A stretch of 64,000 bases of DNA from Brevibacterium luteolum (GCF_013004595.1 NZ_JABEMC010000004.1:62001-126000), one strand, 5' to 3'; shown: positions 9,951 to 20,044, numbered from the stretch's first letter. The notes: a model not told the origin generated them from the letters alone. A program made the numbers and translations.

Positions 9951-11042
9951 TTACTTCTTCTCGAAGGTGTACGGGGTGTACTTCTGATCCGAGTTCGGGA
10001 TGGTCACTTCGAGCTTGAGTGAGTCGATCTCGCTGTGGGGCACCTCGTACCCGAGAGCGAACTCCTTCTTCTGTCCGGCTGGGACGGTTTCGAAGGCGAG
10101 TCCACCTGAGTAGTCACCGGAGAAGACGTCGTTGCAGGTTCCGCCGGAGTAGGTGCACTTGATCGTCGGGAAGCCGGGGTCGAAGTCCGATCCGGAGGTG
10201 TTGTCGATGGTGTAGACGACGCGGGCGATCTCGCCATTGGTCGTGTTGGCACCGAAGTCGACGTTGTCCGGTCCGACAGACACGGCCAGCGACACACCGG
10301 AGGTCAGGTCCACTGAGCCTTCGGATGCCCCGCCGGCGGGCTGGGTGGGATCTTCGGTCGGCTCGGCTTCGTCAGTCGGCGGCGCTCCGTCGGTCTGTCC
10401 GGGTTCCTGGGTCGCCGAATCGGTCGGCTCATCGGTGGGGTCCTGGCCGGGATCCGTCGACATGGAGTTGAGGAGGAAGACCTGGACGACGATGAGGATG
10501 ATCGTGCCCAGCATGGACAGTCCGCCGAGGATCAGGCCGGCGATGCTCATACCGCGGTTGGTGGCCTTGTTCTGCTTTGCCGCAGACAGACCCATGAAGC
10601 CGAGGACGATGGCTGCGATTGCCAGCAGGAAGGCGATCCCAGCCACGACGAAGCCGAGGATCGGGATCCATGCGCCGCCCGAGGCCAGGAAGGCGAGGAT
10701 GCCGGCGATGAGGGCGAGGATGCCGAGGATGTTGCGGGCCTTCGAGTCGCCGCCGGAGCCGTAGTCTCCGCCGTATCCGCCACCGTAGCCGCCGCCGTAC
10801 GGGTCGGATTGTCCGCTGTAGTTCGGTGAGTACTGGTCGGCCGGACCGGCCTCGCCGCCGGGGTAGCCGCCGGCTGCCGAGTAGCTGGGGGCCTGCTCAC
10901 CGTACTGCGGCTGTCCGCCGTAGCCAGGCTGCGAACCGTACTGGGGCTGGGCGCCATATCCGGGCTGCGAACCGTATCCGGGCTGTCCGCCCTGACCGCT
11001 GTCGCCGTACGGATCGGAGCCGTATGGGGGCTGAGAAGACAT
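9951..11042 (-). CDS. Membrane protein: G/Q/P/Y-rich N-terminus, DUF4190-like TM region, P/T/D linker and probable extracellular Ig-like domain
   Basis: Repeats of (G/S/A)QP(G/Q)YG, three hydrophobic segments (GILALIAGIL..., AIAAIVLGFMGL, MSIAGLILGG), beta-rich C-terminal domain with a Cys pair. Confidence 0.75.
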   Translation of the reverse strand: MSSQPPYGSDPYGDSGQGGQPGYGSQPGYGAQPQYGSQPGYGGQPQYGEQAPSYSAAGGYPGGEAGPADQYSPNYSGQSDPYGGGYGGGYGGDYGSGGDSKARNILGILALIAGILAFLASGGAWIPILGFVVAGIAFLLAIAAIVLGFMGLSAAKQNKATNRGMSIAGLILGGLSMLGTIILIVVQVFLLNSMSTDPGQDPTDEPTDSATQEPGQTDGAPPTDEAEPTEDPTQPAGGASEGSVDLTSGVSLAVSVGPDNVDFGANTTNGEIARVVYTIDNTSGSDFDPGFPTIKCTYSGGTCNDVFSGDYSGGLAFETVPAGQKKEFALGYEVPHSEIDSLKLEVTIPNSDQKYTPYTFEKK

Positions 11043-11191
11043 CGTGGCTCTCTTTTCAGATCGAGGTCAGTAAGTGCGTTCCACCCCAGCTTAACGGGCA
11101 AGTCCGCCAGCCGGCGCATGGACTCGTTGCGATCTCGCAACACGCCTGTCACAGCTGGGATGCACGTGGGCGCCGCAGGGCCGGGAAATGC

Positions 11192-11221
11192 AGAATGCCG
11201 GGCTGCAAGGCCCGGCATTCT
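11192..11221 (-). terminator. Terminator hairpin of the tRNA operon
   Basis: AGAATGCCGGGC-TGCAAG-GCCCGGCATTCT immediately 3' of the last tRNA. Confidence 0.75.
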
Positions 11222-11228
11222 CATCCTG

Positions 11229-11300
11229 TGCGCGATACTGGGATCGAACCAGTGACCTCTTCCGTGTCAGGGAAGCGCGCTACCGCTGCGCCAATCGCGC
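11229..11300 (-). tRNA. tRNA-Val(GAC)
   Basis: GCGCGATTGGCGCAGCGGTAGCGCGCTTCC-CTGACAC-GGAAGAGGTCACTGGTTCGATCCCAGTATCGCGCA; cloverleaf, CCA not encoded. Confidence 0.96.
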
Positions 11301-11351
11301 CTGTTCCACTTGCGTGGTGGCGTATTCAGTTGTGCATGGCGTGCAACGCCG

Positions 11352-11423
11352 TGCGCGATACTGGGATCGAACCAGTGACCTCTTCCGTGTGAAGGAAGCG
11401 CGCTACCGCTGCGCCAATCGCGC
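11352..11423 (-). tRNA. tRNA-Val(CAC)
   Basis: Same body as the GAC copy, with anticodon loop TTCACAC. Confidence 0.95.
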
Positions 11424-11444
11424 TTGCGCCCGAAGGCGAAGCCG

Positions 11445-11515
11445 AGGTGGAGATGGGATTCGAACCCACGTATACGGCTTTGCAGGCCGCTGCCTCGCCT
11501 CTCGGCCACTCCACC
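11445..11515 (-). tRNA. tRNA-Cys(GCA)
   Basis: GGTGGAGTGGCCGAGAGGCGAGGCAGCGGC-CTGCAAA-GCCGTATACGTGGGTTCGAATCCCATCTCCACCT. Confidence 0.96.
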
Positions 11516-11539
11516 GTGAGACGGTCTGGCCTGTCTCCG

Positions 11540-11612
11540 AGCGGATGACGGGACTCGAACCCGCGACCCTCACCTTGGCAAGGTGATGCTCTACCAACTG
11601 AGCCACATCCGC
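11540..11612 (-). tRNA. tRNA-Gly(GCC)
   Basis: GCGGATGTGGCTCAGTTGGTAGAGCATCACC-TTGCCAA-GGTGAGGGTCGCGGGTTCGAGTCCCGTCATCCGCT. Confidence 0.97.
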
Positions 11613-11805
11613 ATGATTGCGAGGGAGATTTCCTTGCAACGAGAAACAACTCTATCGGGTGAACTCCAAGTTGCCAAATCGCCTGGCAGTGACGCTCATC
11701 ACATGCTCTGGAAGGCCCGTTCTGCCGCTCTCCCAAGCGGTGAAAGCACGCTCACCTGGGAGGGTGCCGAGGATGCCGCGAAGCCGGAATCCTTACACTG
11801 GTGGC

Positions 11806-12276
11806 GTGACACAGCGCCATCCCCGTCCCCAGGGCTGGCTGTCCCGCACGCACAAGAAGGGCCGGCCGTGGTTTCGCCGTGCCCGGCTGTCGTTCCTGCG
11901 CTGGCGCAGGTTCATCATGAGCAATCCGCAGACGGCTTTCGTCTACCGCTGGCTTGTGGGCTGCGTCGGCGGCACCGTCATTGTCATCGGGCTCATCCTC
12001 GTGCCGTTGCCGGGCCCTGGATGGCTCATCGTGTTCGTCGGCCTGGCGATCATCGCCTCGGAGTTCCAGTGGGCGCAGAATCTGCTGCTCTGGGGCCGGG
12101 CGGTGCTGCACCGGTGGACGGAGTGGCTGCGTGCCAGCCACTGGTCTGTGTCGCTGGCCGTCGCCACGCTGACGGGTGCCTTCGTCGCAGGCGTGGTGTG
12201 GCTGGGTCTGCTCATGACCGGCCTGCCGGACTGGGTGCCGGATTGGCCGGTGTTCCACTGGCTGCTGCTGCGCTGA
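11806..12276 (+). CDS. TIGR02611/PGPGW family membrane protein
   Basis: GLILVPLPGPGWLIVFVGLAIIASEFQWA motif. GTG at 11806 lies 6 nt after TACACT (likely leaderless). Confidence 0.85.
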   Translation: MTQRHPRPQGWLSRTHKKGRPWFRRARLSFLRWRRFIMSNPQTAFVYRWLVGCVGGTVIVIGLILVPLPGPGWLIVFVGLAIIASEFQWAQNLLLWGRAVLHRWTEWLRASHWSVSLAVATLTGAFVAGVVWLGLLMTGLPDWVPDWPVFHWLLLR

Positions 12277-12295
12277 GGCGCGTCGGTGAGCGCGT

Positions 12296-13210
12296 TCAGT
12301 CGGTGAACTGCTTGTTGGTCTCCTTGAGATCGCGCAGCTCTTCCTCGGGATCGAAGTCACCAAGCGGCCAGTCGAGGTCGAGCTTCTGCAGCTCGTTGAT
12401 GAGCAGGCGCACGATCGCCCAGCGCGAGTACCACTTGCGGTCGGCTGGGATGACGTACCAGGGGGCGTCATCGGTCGACGTGCGGTCGAGGACGTCCTGG
12501 TAGGCCTGCGTGTACTCTGACCAGCGTGCACGGTCTGCGACGTCGCCGCTGTTGTACTTCCAGTGCTTGTCCACGCGTCGCAGCCGGTTCTCCAGACGGT
12601 CGGCCTGCTCTTCCTGGGAGACCGTGAGCATGCACTTGACGATGTGGATACCGGAGTCGGTCAGGCTGTCTTCGAAGCCGTTGATGGTGTCGTAGCGTTC
12701 GAGCCACACCGATGGCGGGCGCAGCTTGTGCATCCGCACGGCGAGGATGTCCTCGTAATGCGACCGGTCGAAGACGCCGATGTTGCCGAACTTCGGCAGT
12801 GCGCGGTAGATCCGCCACAGGAAGTGGTGGGAGGCCTCCTCCTCGGTCGGGACGCCGAAGGCGGCCACCTGCATTCCGTGCGGGCTGAGCGCGCCAACGA
12901 CATGCTTGACGACCCCGCCTTTGCCGGCGGTGTCCCGGCCCTGCAGTACGAGCAGCACTGCCTTGCGCAGGTCGCCGGCATTGGCGTTGGCGTACAGGCG
13001 CTCCTGCAGGTCGGAGAGCAGCTCGTGGTCGATCGCCTGGGCTTCCTTGCCTGCGGCTTTGTCACCGGAGAAGCCCGGGGTGGCGGAGGTATCGATGGCG
13101 GAGAAGTCATCACCGGGACTGAACCGCAGCAGCTCAGCGACCTCAGCCGGGGATGCCTGCTCGACGTTGTCGGCAAGCGGCGGCTGCTCGGCGGGTTCGA
13201 GCTTCATCAT
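12296..13210 (-). CDS. Polyphosphate kinase 2 family, class III-like (polyP:nucleotide phosphotransferase)
   Basis: LLVLQGRDTAGKGG Walker A, FDRSHYEDIL, KHWKYNSGD, APWYVIPADRKWY. Confidence 0.9.
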   Translation of the reverse strand: MMKLEPAEQPPLADNVEQASPAEVAELLRFSPGDDFSAIDTSATPGFSGDKAAGKEAQAIDHELLSDLQERLYANANAGDLRKAVLLVLQGRDTAGKGGVVKHVVGALSPHGMQVAAFGVPTEEEASHHFLWRIYRALPKFGNIGVFDRSHYEDILAVRMHKLRPPSVWLERYDTINGFEDSLTDSGIHIVKCMLTVSQEEQADRLENRLRRVDKHWKYNSGDVADRARWSEYTQAYQDVLDRTSTDDAPWYVIPADRKWYSRWAIVRLLINELQKLDLDWPLGDFDPEEELRDLKETNKQFTD

Positions 13211-14226
13211 TTCTCCGTTCCGCTGGCCAGCGCGGTGAGCCGGGACAGGCAGCGCATGTACTTCTTGCGATACCCGCCGGAGACCATGTCGTCGGTGAAG
13301 ACGGCGTCGAGGCGCTGGCCGCTGTTATGGATGGTCACACCGCGGTCGTACATCCGGTCGACGAGAGCGACGAACCGCAGTGCGACGCTTTCGTTGTCGA
13401 TGGTGTGCACGTCGTCCCACAGTGCCATGTCGATGCCTTCGAGCATGCGGCTGTAGCGGGACGGGTGGACTGCCGACAGGTGCTCGAGCACCTCATCGAA
13501 GTCATCTCGGGCGAGGGTCGTTGCACTGGTGCGGGCGGCGTAGTCGTCGAGTCCTGCGGCATCGACCGGTTCCGGAGGTGTGGGGCTGCCGCGGTGGCGG
13601 TAGTCCTCACCGTCGATGGTGAGCACGGTGAACTGGTCGGACAGTGCCTGGATCTCGCGCAGGAAGTCCTGGGCGGCGAAGCGCCCCTGGCCGAGCGCGC
13701 CGGGCAGCGTGTTGGAGGTCGCGACGATCTTGACGCCAGCGTCGGTGAGCTCGCGCATGAGCCGCGACATCATGACAGTGTCGCCCGGGTCGTCGAGTTC
13801 GAACTCGTCGATGCACACGAGCTTCATCTTCGACAGCTCGTCGCGGGCGCGCTGGAAGCCGAGGGCGCCGATGAGGTTGGTGTATTCGACGAAGGTGCCG
13901 AAGGTGGCCGGCTTCTCGTGGGCGTGCCAGGCGGCTGCCAGGAGGTGGGTTTTGCCGACACCGTATCCGCCGTCGAGATAGATACCCTTGCCGACCTTGG
14001 GCTTGGAGCCGAAGAGCTTGGACAGGAAGCCGGTCTCCCGGCGCTGTTGGGTGAAGTCGCGCAGCTTGTCGCGGGCTTCGGACTGCGAGGGCTGCTGCGG
14101 GTCCGGCCGGTAGCTGTCGAACGACACATCCGAGAAGTGGGGCGGCGGCACGAATCCGTCGATGAGGTCTTCGGGGGCGACCTCCGGGCGGCGCTCGGTC
14201 AGCTTGATGATCTGCGGTTCACTCAC
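13207..14226 (-). CDS. zapE: Cell division ATPase ZapE (AFG1 family)
   Basis: GIYLDGGYGVGKTHL, CIDEFELDDPGD, ATSNTLP, GEDYRHR, RFVALVDRMYD, RCLSRL. Confidence 0.93.
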   Translation of the reverse strand: MSEPQIIKLTERRPEVAPEDLIDGFVPPPHFSDVSFDSYRPDPQQPSQSEARDKLRDFTQQRRETGFLSKLFGSKPKVGKGIYLDGGYGVGKTHLLAAAWHAHEKPATFGTFVEYTNLIGALGFQRARDELSKMKLVCIDEFELDDPGDTVMMSRLMRELTDAGVKIVATSNTLPGALGQGRFAAQDFLREIQALSDQFTVLTIDGEDYRHRGSPTPPEPVDAAGLDDYAARTSATTLARDDFDEVLEHLSAVHPSRYSRMLEGIDMALWDDVHTIDNESVALRFVALVDRMYDRGVTIHNSGQRLDAVFTDDMVSGGYRKKYMRCLSRLTALASGTEK

Positions 14227-14277
14227 AGCACATAAGTCTACAAACGTTTGACCGGCTGTGGTGCCCGACCGGGTGCC

Positions 14278-15219
14278 TCAGGAGAAGTCGAAGCCGAGCC
14301 GTCCGAGCTGCTTGGGGTCGCGCTGCCAGTCCTTGGCGACCTTGACGTGCAGGTCGAGGTAGATCGGCGTGCCGAGGATGGCCTCGATGTTCTTGCGGGC
14401 CATCATGCCGATCTCCTTGAGGCGGGCGCCCTTGCGGCCGATGACGATCGCCTTCTGGCTGGGGCGCTCGACGAAGAGGTTGACGTGCACATCCCACAGC
14501 GGCTTGTCCTCCGGCCGGTCTTCGCGCGGGCGCATCTCCTCGACCTGGACGGCCAGGGAGTGCGGCAGTTCGTCGCGCACGCCTTCCAGGGCCGCTTCGC
14601 GGACGAGTTCGGCCACAAGCACCGTCTCCGGTTCATCGGTGATCTCACCGTCGGGGTACAGCGGCGGGGATTCGGGCAGGTGCTTGGCCAGCACTGCGTC
14701 GACGGTGTCGACCTGGTAGCCGTCGCGGGCGGAGACCGGGACGATGTCAGCGAAGTCGCCGAGCTGTTCGACGGCGATGAGCGCCTCGGTCAGCCGTTCG
14801 CGGTCGACGAGGTCGGTCTTCGTCACGAGTGCCACGACCGGGGTGCGTCCGGAGACCATCTGCAGCTGTTCGGCGATGTAGCGGTCGCCGGGTCCGATGC
14901 GCTCGTTGGCCGGCAGGCAGAAGCCGATGACGTCGACTTCGCTCAGGGTCGCTGCGACGAGGTCGTTGAGGCGGGCGCCGAGCAGGGTGCGCGGCCGGTG
15001 CAGGCCGGGGGTGTCGACGAGGACGAGCTGGTGGTCGTCGCGGTGGACGATGCCGCGGATCGTGTGGCGGGTGGTCTGCGGCTTCGCCGAGGTGATCGCG
15101 ATCTTCGAGCCGACCAGCGCATTGGTCAGGGTGGACTTGCCGGTGTTCGGGCGGCCGACGAGGCAGGCGAAGCCGGCGCGGTAGCCCTCGGGCAGATCGG
15201 TGCGGAACAGGTCGGTCAT
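14278..15219 (-). CDS. era: GTPase Era
   Basis: GRPNTGKSTL, KPQTTR, DTPGLH, TKTD, ELPHS, KH domain SQKAIVIGRKG. Confidence 0.98.
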   Translation of the reverse strand: MTDLFRTDLPEGYRAGFACLVGRPNTGKSTLTNALVGSKIAITSAKPQTTRHTIRGIVHRDDHQLVLVDTPGLHRPRTLLGARLNDLVAATLSEVDVIGFCLPANERIGPGDRYIAEQLQMVSGRTPVVALVTKTDLVDRERLTEALIAVEQLGDFADIVPVSARDGYQVDTVDAVLAKHLPESPPLYPDGEITDEPETVLVAELVREAALEGVRDELPHSLAVQVEEMRPREDRPEDKPLWDVHVNLFVERPSQKAIVIGRKGARLKEIGMMARKNIEAILGTPIYLDLHVKVAKDWQRDPKQLGRLGFDFS

Positions 15220-16487
15220 ACGTCCTCAGTCTCTCGTTCCCGCCGCACGCGCACGTGGGTGATGCGGTGGCGGCGGCCCTGGCCGGGCATGGCTTCGATG
15301 TACAGTCCGGAGATCGTCGCATGCGCCCCGGCGATCGGCACGCGGTCGATCGCCTTCGACAGCAACCCGCCGACGGTTGTGACGTCCTCGTCTTCGATGC
15401 GGGTGTCGAAGAACTCGGCGAGGTCGTCGATCTGCGTGCGGGTGCTCACCAGGTACTCCCCTGGCGCGGTTTCGACGATATCGTCCTCGGCGGCATCATA
15501 CTCGTCTTCGATCTCGCCGACGATCTCCTCGACGATGTCCTCCATCGTGATGAGCCCGGCGGTGCCACCGTACTCATCGACGGCCAGCGCGACGTGGTTG
15601 CTTGCCAGCTGCATCTCGCGCATGAGCTCATCGACCGGTTTGGTCTCGGGCACGAAGACGACCGGCCGGCAATGCTCGGACACCGGCGCCTCGGCGTCTT
15701 CGGGGTGCAGATGCAGGCGGCGGGCGACGTCTTTGAGGTAGACCACTCCGCGCACGTCGTCGAGGTCGTCGTCGATGACCGGCACGCGGCTGAAGCCCGA
15801 GCGCAGGAATAGCTCCATCGCCTTGACCAGCGGCTGGTCGGAGTCGATGGCGACGATGTCGGTGCGCGGGACCATCACCTTGTACACGCGGGTGTCGGCG
15901 AGGTTGAAAACCGATTCGATCATGTCGCGCTCTTCCTCTTCGATGACGTCAACAGCCGAGGCGCGCTCGACGAGATCGCGCAGCTGCTCTTCTGTCACGA
16001 ACGGGCCGTCGCGAAAGACCTTATCGGGGGTGAGCACATTGCCCAGCCACACGAGGATCCGCGCCACCGGTCCGAGTGCGCGGCGCAGTCCGGCGACCAG
16101 CCAGCCGGTGAGCAGGCTGACCTTGAGCGACCGGCGCCGGCCGATGGTCCGCGGGGACACGCCTGCGACGACGAAGACCGCGATCGAGGCAGTGATGACG
16201 GAGGCGAGGATGAGCTGCCAGCTGATGCCGAAGACATGGTAGTAGCCGACGGCGATGAAGACCGTGGCCAGTGCTTCGAAGAACTGGCGGACGAAGGTCA
16301 GGACGTTGATGTGGGTGGGCAGGTCGGCCAGGATCGCAGCGGCTGTGCTCCCGCCGCGGGTGCCGTCCTCGGCAGCGTCGGAGATCTCGTGGTGGGAGAC
16401 GTTCGAGATCGCGGCATCGGCTGCGGCGAGCACGGCGGCGAAGGCGATGCAGATGAGGCCGAGGAGCATGAACGCGAGGATCGGCAC
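15216..16487 (-). CDS. HlyC/CorC (CNNM-CBS-CorC) family transporter
   Basis: N-terminal TMs, VMVPRTDI, GFSRVPV, VDEYGGTAGLITMEDIVEEIVGEIEDEYD. Confidence 0.92.
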   Translation of the reverse strand: MPILAFMLLGLICIAFAAVLAAADAAISNVSHHEISDAAEDGTRGGSTAAAILADLPTHINVLTFVRQFFEALATVFIAVGYYHVFGISWQLILASVITASIAVFVVAGVSPRTIGRRRSLKVSLLTGWLVAGLRRALGPVARILVWLGNVLTPDKVFRDGPFVTEEQLRDLVERASAVDVIEEEERDMIESVFNLADTRVYKVMVPRTDIVAIDSDQPLVKAMELFLRSGFSRVPVIDDDLDDVRGVVYLKDVARRLHLHPEDAEAPVSEHCRPVVFVPETKPVDELMREMQLASNHVALAVDEYGGTAGLITMEDIVEEIVGEIEDEYDAAEDDIVETAPGEYLVSTRTQIDDLAEFFDTRIEDEDVTTVGGLLSKAIDRVPIAGAHATISGLYIEAMPGQGRRHRITHVRVRRERETEDV

Positions 16488-16492
16488 GGTGT

Positions 16493-16972
16493 TCAGTCCT
16501 CAGTCGGCTCGGGGATCGTCGTGCGGCCGGGCTCGCGCTCGGCGAACCAGGTCAGCAGCAGGTGGCGCTGCAGGCCGAACATCTCTTCCTTCTCCTCGGG
16601 CTCGTGGTGGTCATAGCCCATGAGGTGCAGCAGGCCGTGAGCCGTGAGCAGCAGGATCTCATCACTGAGCGAATGCCCGGCGGCTGCGGCCTGTTCGGCG
16701 GCCACGCCGGGGCAGATGACGATGTCGCCGAGCATCCCGGCTTCGTCCTGGCCGGGCTTGAGCTCGTCCATCGGGAAGGACATGACGTCGGTCGGGCCGT
16801 CGAGGTTCATCCAGCGCAGGTGCAGCTCGGTCATCGCCGCCTCGTCGATGAACCGGATGAACACCTCGGCGGCGGGGTTGATGTGCATGCGCTCAAGCAC
16901 ATGCTCAGCCAGTGCGACGACCTCCGGCAGGTCGATCTCGGCTGGGGTCTCGTTGCCGATGTCGATGGCCAT
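16493..16972 (-). CDS. ybeY: rRNA maturation endoribonuclease YbeY
   Basis: GPTDVMSFP, LGDIVIC, HGLLHLMGYDH. Confidence 0.96.
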   Translation of the reverse strand: MAIDIGNETPAEIDLPEVVALAEHVLERMHINPAAEVFIRFIDEAAMTELHLRWMNLDGPTDVMSFPMDELKPGQDEAGMLGDIVICPGVAAEQAAAAGHSLSDEILLLTAHGLLHLMGYDHHEPEEKEEMFGLQRHLLLTWFAEREPGRTTIPEPTED

Positions 16973-16973
16973 C

Positions 16974-18005
16974 TCAGCGTCCCTTCTGGCTCGCGGGACC
17001 GGCTTCGCGCCCGGACCACAGGTCGTAGGCGTCGACGATCGCCGAGACGAGGTCGTGGCGGACGACGTCCTTGCTCGTCAGGCGGCAGAACTGGATGTCG
17101 TCGACGTGGCCAAGGATGTCCTGGGCGAGGACGAGTCCGCTGCGTGCGGCACCGGGCAGGTCGACCTGGCTGGTGTCGCCGGTGACGACCATCCGTGAGC
17201 CGAAGCCCAGCCGGGTGAGGAACATCTTCATCTGCTCGAACGTCGTGTTCTGCGCTTCGTCGAGGATGATGAAGGAGTCGTTGAGCGTGCGGCCGCGCAT
17301 ATAGGCCAGCGGGGCGACCTCGATGGTGCCGGAGTCGAGCAGCATCTTGATCCGGTCGGGTTCGATCATGTCGTGCAGCGCGTCATAGAGCGGACGGACG
17401 TACGGGTCGATCTTCTCGTCGAGGGTGCCGGGCAGGAACCCGAGGTTCTCCCCTGCCTCGACGGCGGGCCGGGTGAGGATGATCCGCGAGACGGCCTTGT
17501 TCTGCAGCGCGTTGACCGCCATCGCCATCGCCAGGTAGGTCTTGCCGGTGCCGGCCGGGCCGAGGCCGAAGGTGATGGTGTGCGAGCGGATCGCTGCGAC
17601 GTACTGGTGCTGGCCGTAGGTCTTGGGGCGCACGGTGCGCCCGCGGGAGGACAGGATGTTCTCGCTGAGCACGCGGGCTGGGCTGCCGGCTTCGGGCTCC
17701 ATCGTGTGCACCCGGCGCACCGCATCGGGTTCGATGATGTGCCCGGCGGCGACGAGCGCTTTGAGTTCGCCGATCGTCGTCACGAGCGAGCCGACGGCGG
17801 CTTCCGGGCCGGAGAGCGTCATCTCGTGCTGCCGACAGTGGATGTCGACCTCCGGGGCGAGTGCCTCAAGGGTGCGCAGGTTGACCTCGGCGGGCCCGAA
17901 CAGGGCGACGGGGTCGATGTTCTCCGGGATCGACAGGTGCACGCGGGTGTGCGCCGTCTCGGCCTCGCGCGTGTCTTCGGGTGCCGGTGTGTTCTGGGGC
18001 TCCAG
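16974..18005 (-). CDS. phoH: PhoH-like ATPase (YbeZ); start uncertain (CTG 18005 or GTG 17942)
   Basis: [62 protein letters not shown]. Confidence 0.93.
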   Translation of the reverse strand: MEPQNTPAPEDTREAETAHTRVHLSIPENIDPVALFGPAEVNLRTLEALAPEVDIHCRQHEMTLSGPEAAVGSLVTTIGELKALVAAGHIIEPDAVRRVHTMEPEAGSPARVLSENILSSRGRTVRPKTYGQHQYVAAIRSHTITFGLGPAGTGKTYLAMAMAVNALQNKAVSRIILTRPAVEAGENLGFLPGTLDEKIDPYVRPLYDALHDMIEPDRIKMLLDSGTIEVAPLAYMRGRTLNDSFIILDEAQNTTFEQMKMFLTRLGFGSRMVVTGDTSQVDLPGAARSGLVLAQDILGHVDDIQFCRLTSKDVVRHDLVSAIVDAYDLWSGREAGPASQKGR

Positions 18006-18098
18006 CTCAGGTCCTCTTCTCAGGTTGTGTTCAGCGGTGTTCTCGCGTGCGGATTCTCATGGGCAACTCTAGCGCGTCGGTGCCCGGCCCGCCTGGGC

Positions 18099-18866
18099 TC
18101 ACCAGCGGCTGAGGGCGGCCTGGCACAGTCCGAGGGCGACCGGCCCGGCTGTCGAGGCGCGCAGCACGCTGGCACCGAGCAGGGCTGTCTGCGCACCGGC
18201 CGCGGTGAGTGCGGCGATCTCAGCCTCGGAGATCCCGCCTTCGGGACCGACGACGAGCACGAGCCGCTCGATGCCGCCCGGTGCGGCCGTCAGGCTGTCG
18301 GCCAGCTCGCGCAGCTGTGCGGTGAGCGGCTGGCTGGCGGTCTCGTGCAGCACGAAGACCGCATCGGCATCCGTGAACGTGTCAGCCAGTCCGGTGCCGC
18401 GGGCGAGTTCGCTGATGGCAGGCACGAACGCGCGGCGGGACTGTTCGGCGGCCGCCACCGAGGTGTGGCGCCACTTGGCGATCGACTTGCCGGCTTTGGC
18501 TGCCGGCCACTTGACGATCGAGCGCTGCGCCTCCCATGGGACGACGGCGTCGACGCCGACCTCGACGGCCGCTTCGACGGCGGCGAGGTCGCGGCCGGAC
18601 TTCGCCAGGGCCTGCACGAGCACGAGCTGCGGGTTGGCCAGTGGATCGACCTGGACGGCCGTGACGGCGATGCGCAGGTCATTGCGTTCAGCGGTCGTGA
18701 TAGTGCCGGTGATGCGCAGGCCGGCGCCGTCGCTGAGCTGCAGCTCCTCGCCCGCCTGCATCCGGCGGACGGTGACGACGTGATGAGCCACCGCCGCAGG
18801 TGCGATGACCTCACCGTGCTCGCCGGGGTGGGTGATGTCCGGGTCGATGAAGACCGGCAGGGTCAT
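18099..18866 (-). CDS. rsmE: 16S rRNA m3U1498 methyltransferase RsmE
   Basis: [37 protein letters not shown]. Confidence 0.95.
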   Translation of the reverse strand: MTLPVFIDPDITHPGEHGEVIAPAAVAHHVVTVRRMQAGEELQLSDGAGLRITGTITTAERNDLRIAVTAVQVDPLANPQLVLVQALAKSGRDLAAVEAAVEVGVDAVVPWEAQRSIVKWPAAKAGKSIAKWRHTSVAAAEQSRRAFVPAISELARGTGLADTFTDADAVFVLHETASQPLTAQLRELADSLTAAPGGIERLVLVVGPEGGISEAEIAALTAAGAQTALLGASVLRASTAGPVALGLCQAALSRW

Positions 18867-19981
18867 CGCCCGGCGAACCTCTCGCGGAACCGGCGGAAGG
18901 CGCTGCGCTCATCGGCCTTGCCGACGGTGGCCTCCGGCTGGGTCTCATCGCGCAGCCGGGCGAGCTCTTCGAGCAGCTCGGTCTGCTTGGCGTCGAGCTT
19001 CTTCGGGGTGGCGACGTTGATCGTGACGATGAGGTCGCCGCGGCTCTGGTGGCGCAGCCGCTTGGCACCGAGGCCGGCGAGCTTCTGGGTTGTGCCCGAC
19101 TGGGTGCCGGCGGGGATCTCGATGTCCTGGGCACCGTCGAAGGTGTCGAGCTTGACCGTCGCGCCGAGGGCGGCGGCGGTCATCGGCACCTCGATGGTGC
19201 AGCGCAGGTTGTCGCCGTCGCGTTCGAAGGAGGCGTGCTCTGCGACGGTGACCTCGATGAACAGGTCTCCGGGAGGCCCCCCGCCGGGTCCGACCTCGCC
19301 GCGGCCGGCGAGCTGGATGCGGGTGCCGGTCGACACGCCGGCTGGGATCCGGAAGCTCAGGGTGCGTTCGACGCGCACGCGTCCGTCGCCGTGGCAGGAG
19401 GTGCACGGGTCGGTGATGCGGGTGCCGTAGCCGCCGCAGTTGTTGCAGGTCTGGTTGGTGACCATCTGCCCGAGCAGGGTGCGGGTCATCTGCTGGACCG
19501 AGCCGGTGCCGTGGCACAGTGAGCAGGTCTCGACCGAGGTGCCGGGCCGGGTGCCGTCTCCCTGGCAGGTCTCGCACACCTCGGCGGTGGCGATGTCGAT
19601 CTCCTCGGTGCCGCCGAAGGCTGCGGTCTCCAAGTCGATCTCGATGCCGATGAGCGCATCCTTGCCGCGGCGCTTGCGCGAGGCCGGCTGCTGGGGCGAT
19701 CCGCCCATGCCGCCGCCGAAGAACGTCTCGAACAGGTCGGAGAACCCGCCGAAGTTCGCTCCGCCGAAGCCCTGGCCGTATTCCGAGCCGCCCATGTCGT
19801 AGTTGCGGCGCTTCTCCGGGTCTGAGAGCACCTCGTAGGCGACCGCGACCTGCTTGAACTCGTCTTCCCGGCCGGGGTTGACGTCGGGGTGGAGTTCGCG
19901 CGCCAGCTTGCGGTAGGCCTTCTTGATGTCCGCCGTCGAGGCGTCCTTCGGCACGCCGAGGGTTTCATAGTGGTTGGTCAC
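18863..19981 (-). CDS. dnaJ: Molecular chaperone DnaJ (hrcA-linked DnaJ2 type)
   Basis: J domain with HPD, G/F region, four CxxCxGxG repeats. Confidence 0.97.
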   Translation of the reverse strand: MTNHYETLGVPKDASTADIKKAYRKLARELHPDVNPGREDEFKQVAVAYEVLSDPEKRRNYDMGGSEYGQGFGGANFGGFSDLFETFFGGGMGGSPQQPASRKRRGKDALIGIEIDLETAAFGGTEEIDIATAEVCETCQGDGTRPGTSVETCSLCHGTGSVQQMTRTLLGQMVTNQTCNNCGGYGTRITDPCTSCHGDGRVRVERTLSFRIPAGVSTGTRIQLAGRGEVGPGGGPPGDLFIEVTVAEHASFERDGDNLRCTIEVPMTAAALGATVKLDTFDGAQDIEIPAGTQSGTTQKLAGLGAKRLRHQSRGDLIVTINVATPKKLDAKQTELLEELARLRDETQPEATVGKADERSAFRRFRERFAGR

Positions 19982-20044
19982 GTTCGTCCTTTGATCGATG
20001 AGGCGATTCGCGGATCGGTTGTCTGTTGCGGGCGTGTGGGCCGG

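Noticed and set aside
11229..11612. tRNA cluster as an integration site, or the 72-nt duplicate as a CRISPR or att repeat
   Set aside because: Both repeats are complete tRNAs; no integrase, cas gene or partial tRNA duplicate is visible in the window.
17373..19430. 685-aa plus-strand ORF spanning phoH-rsmE-dnaJ
   Set aside because: Antisense shadow; stop-poor frame expected in high-GC DNA.
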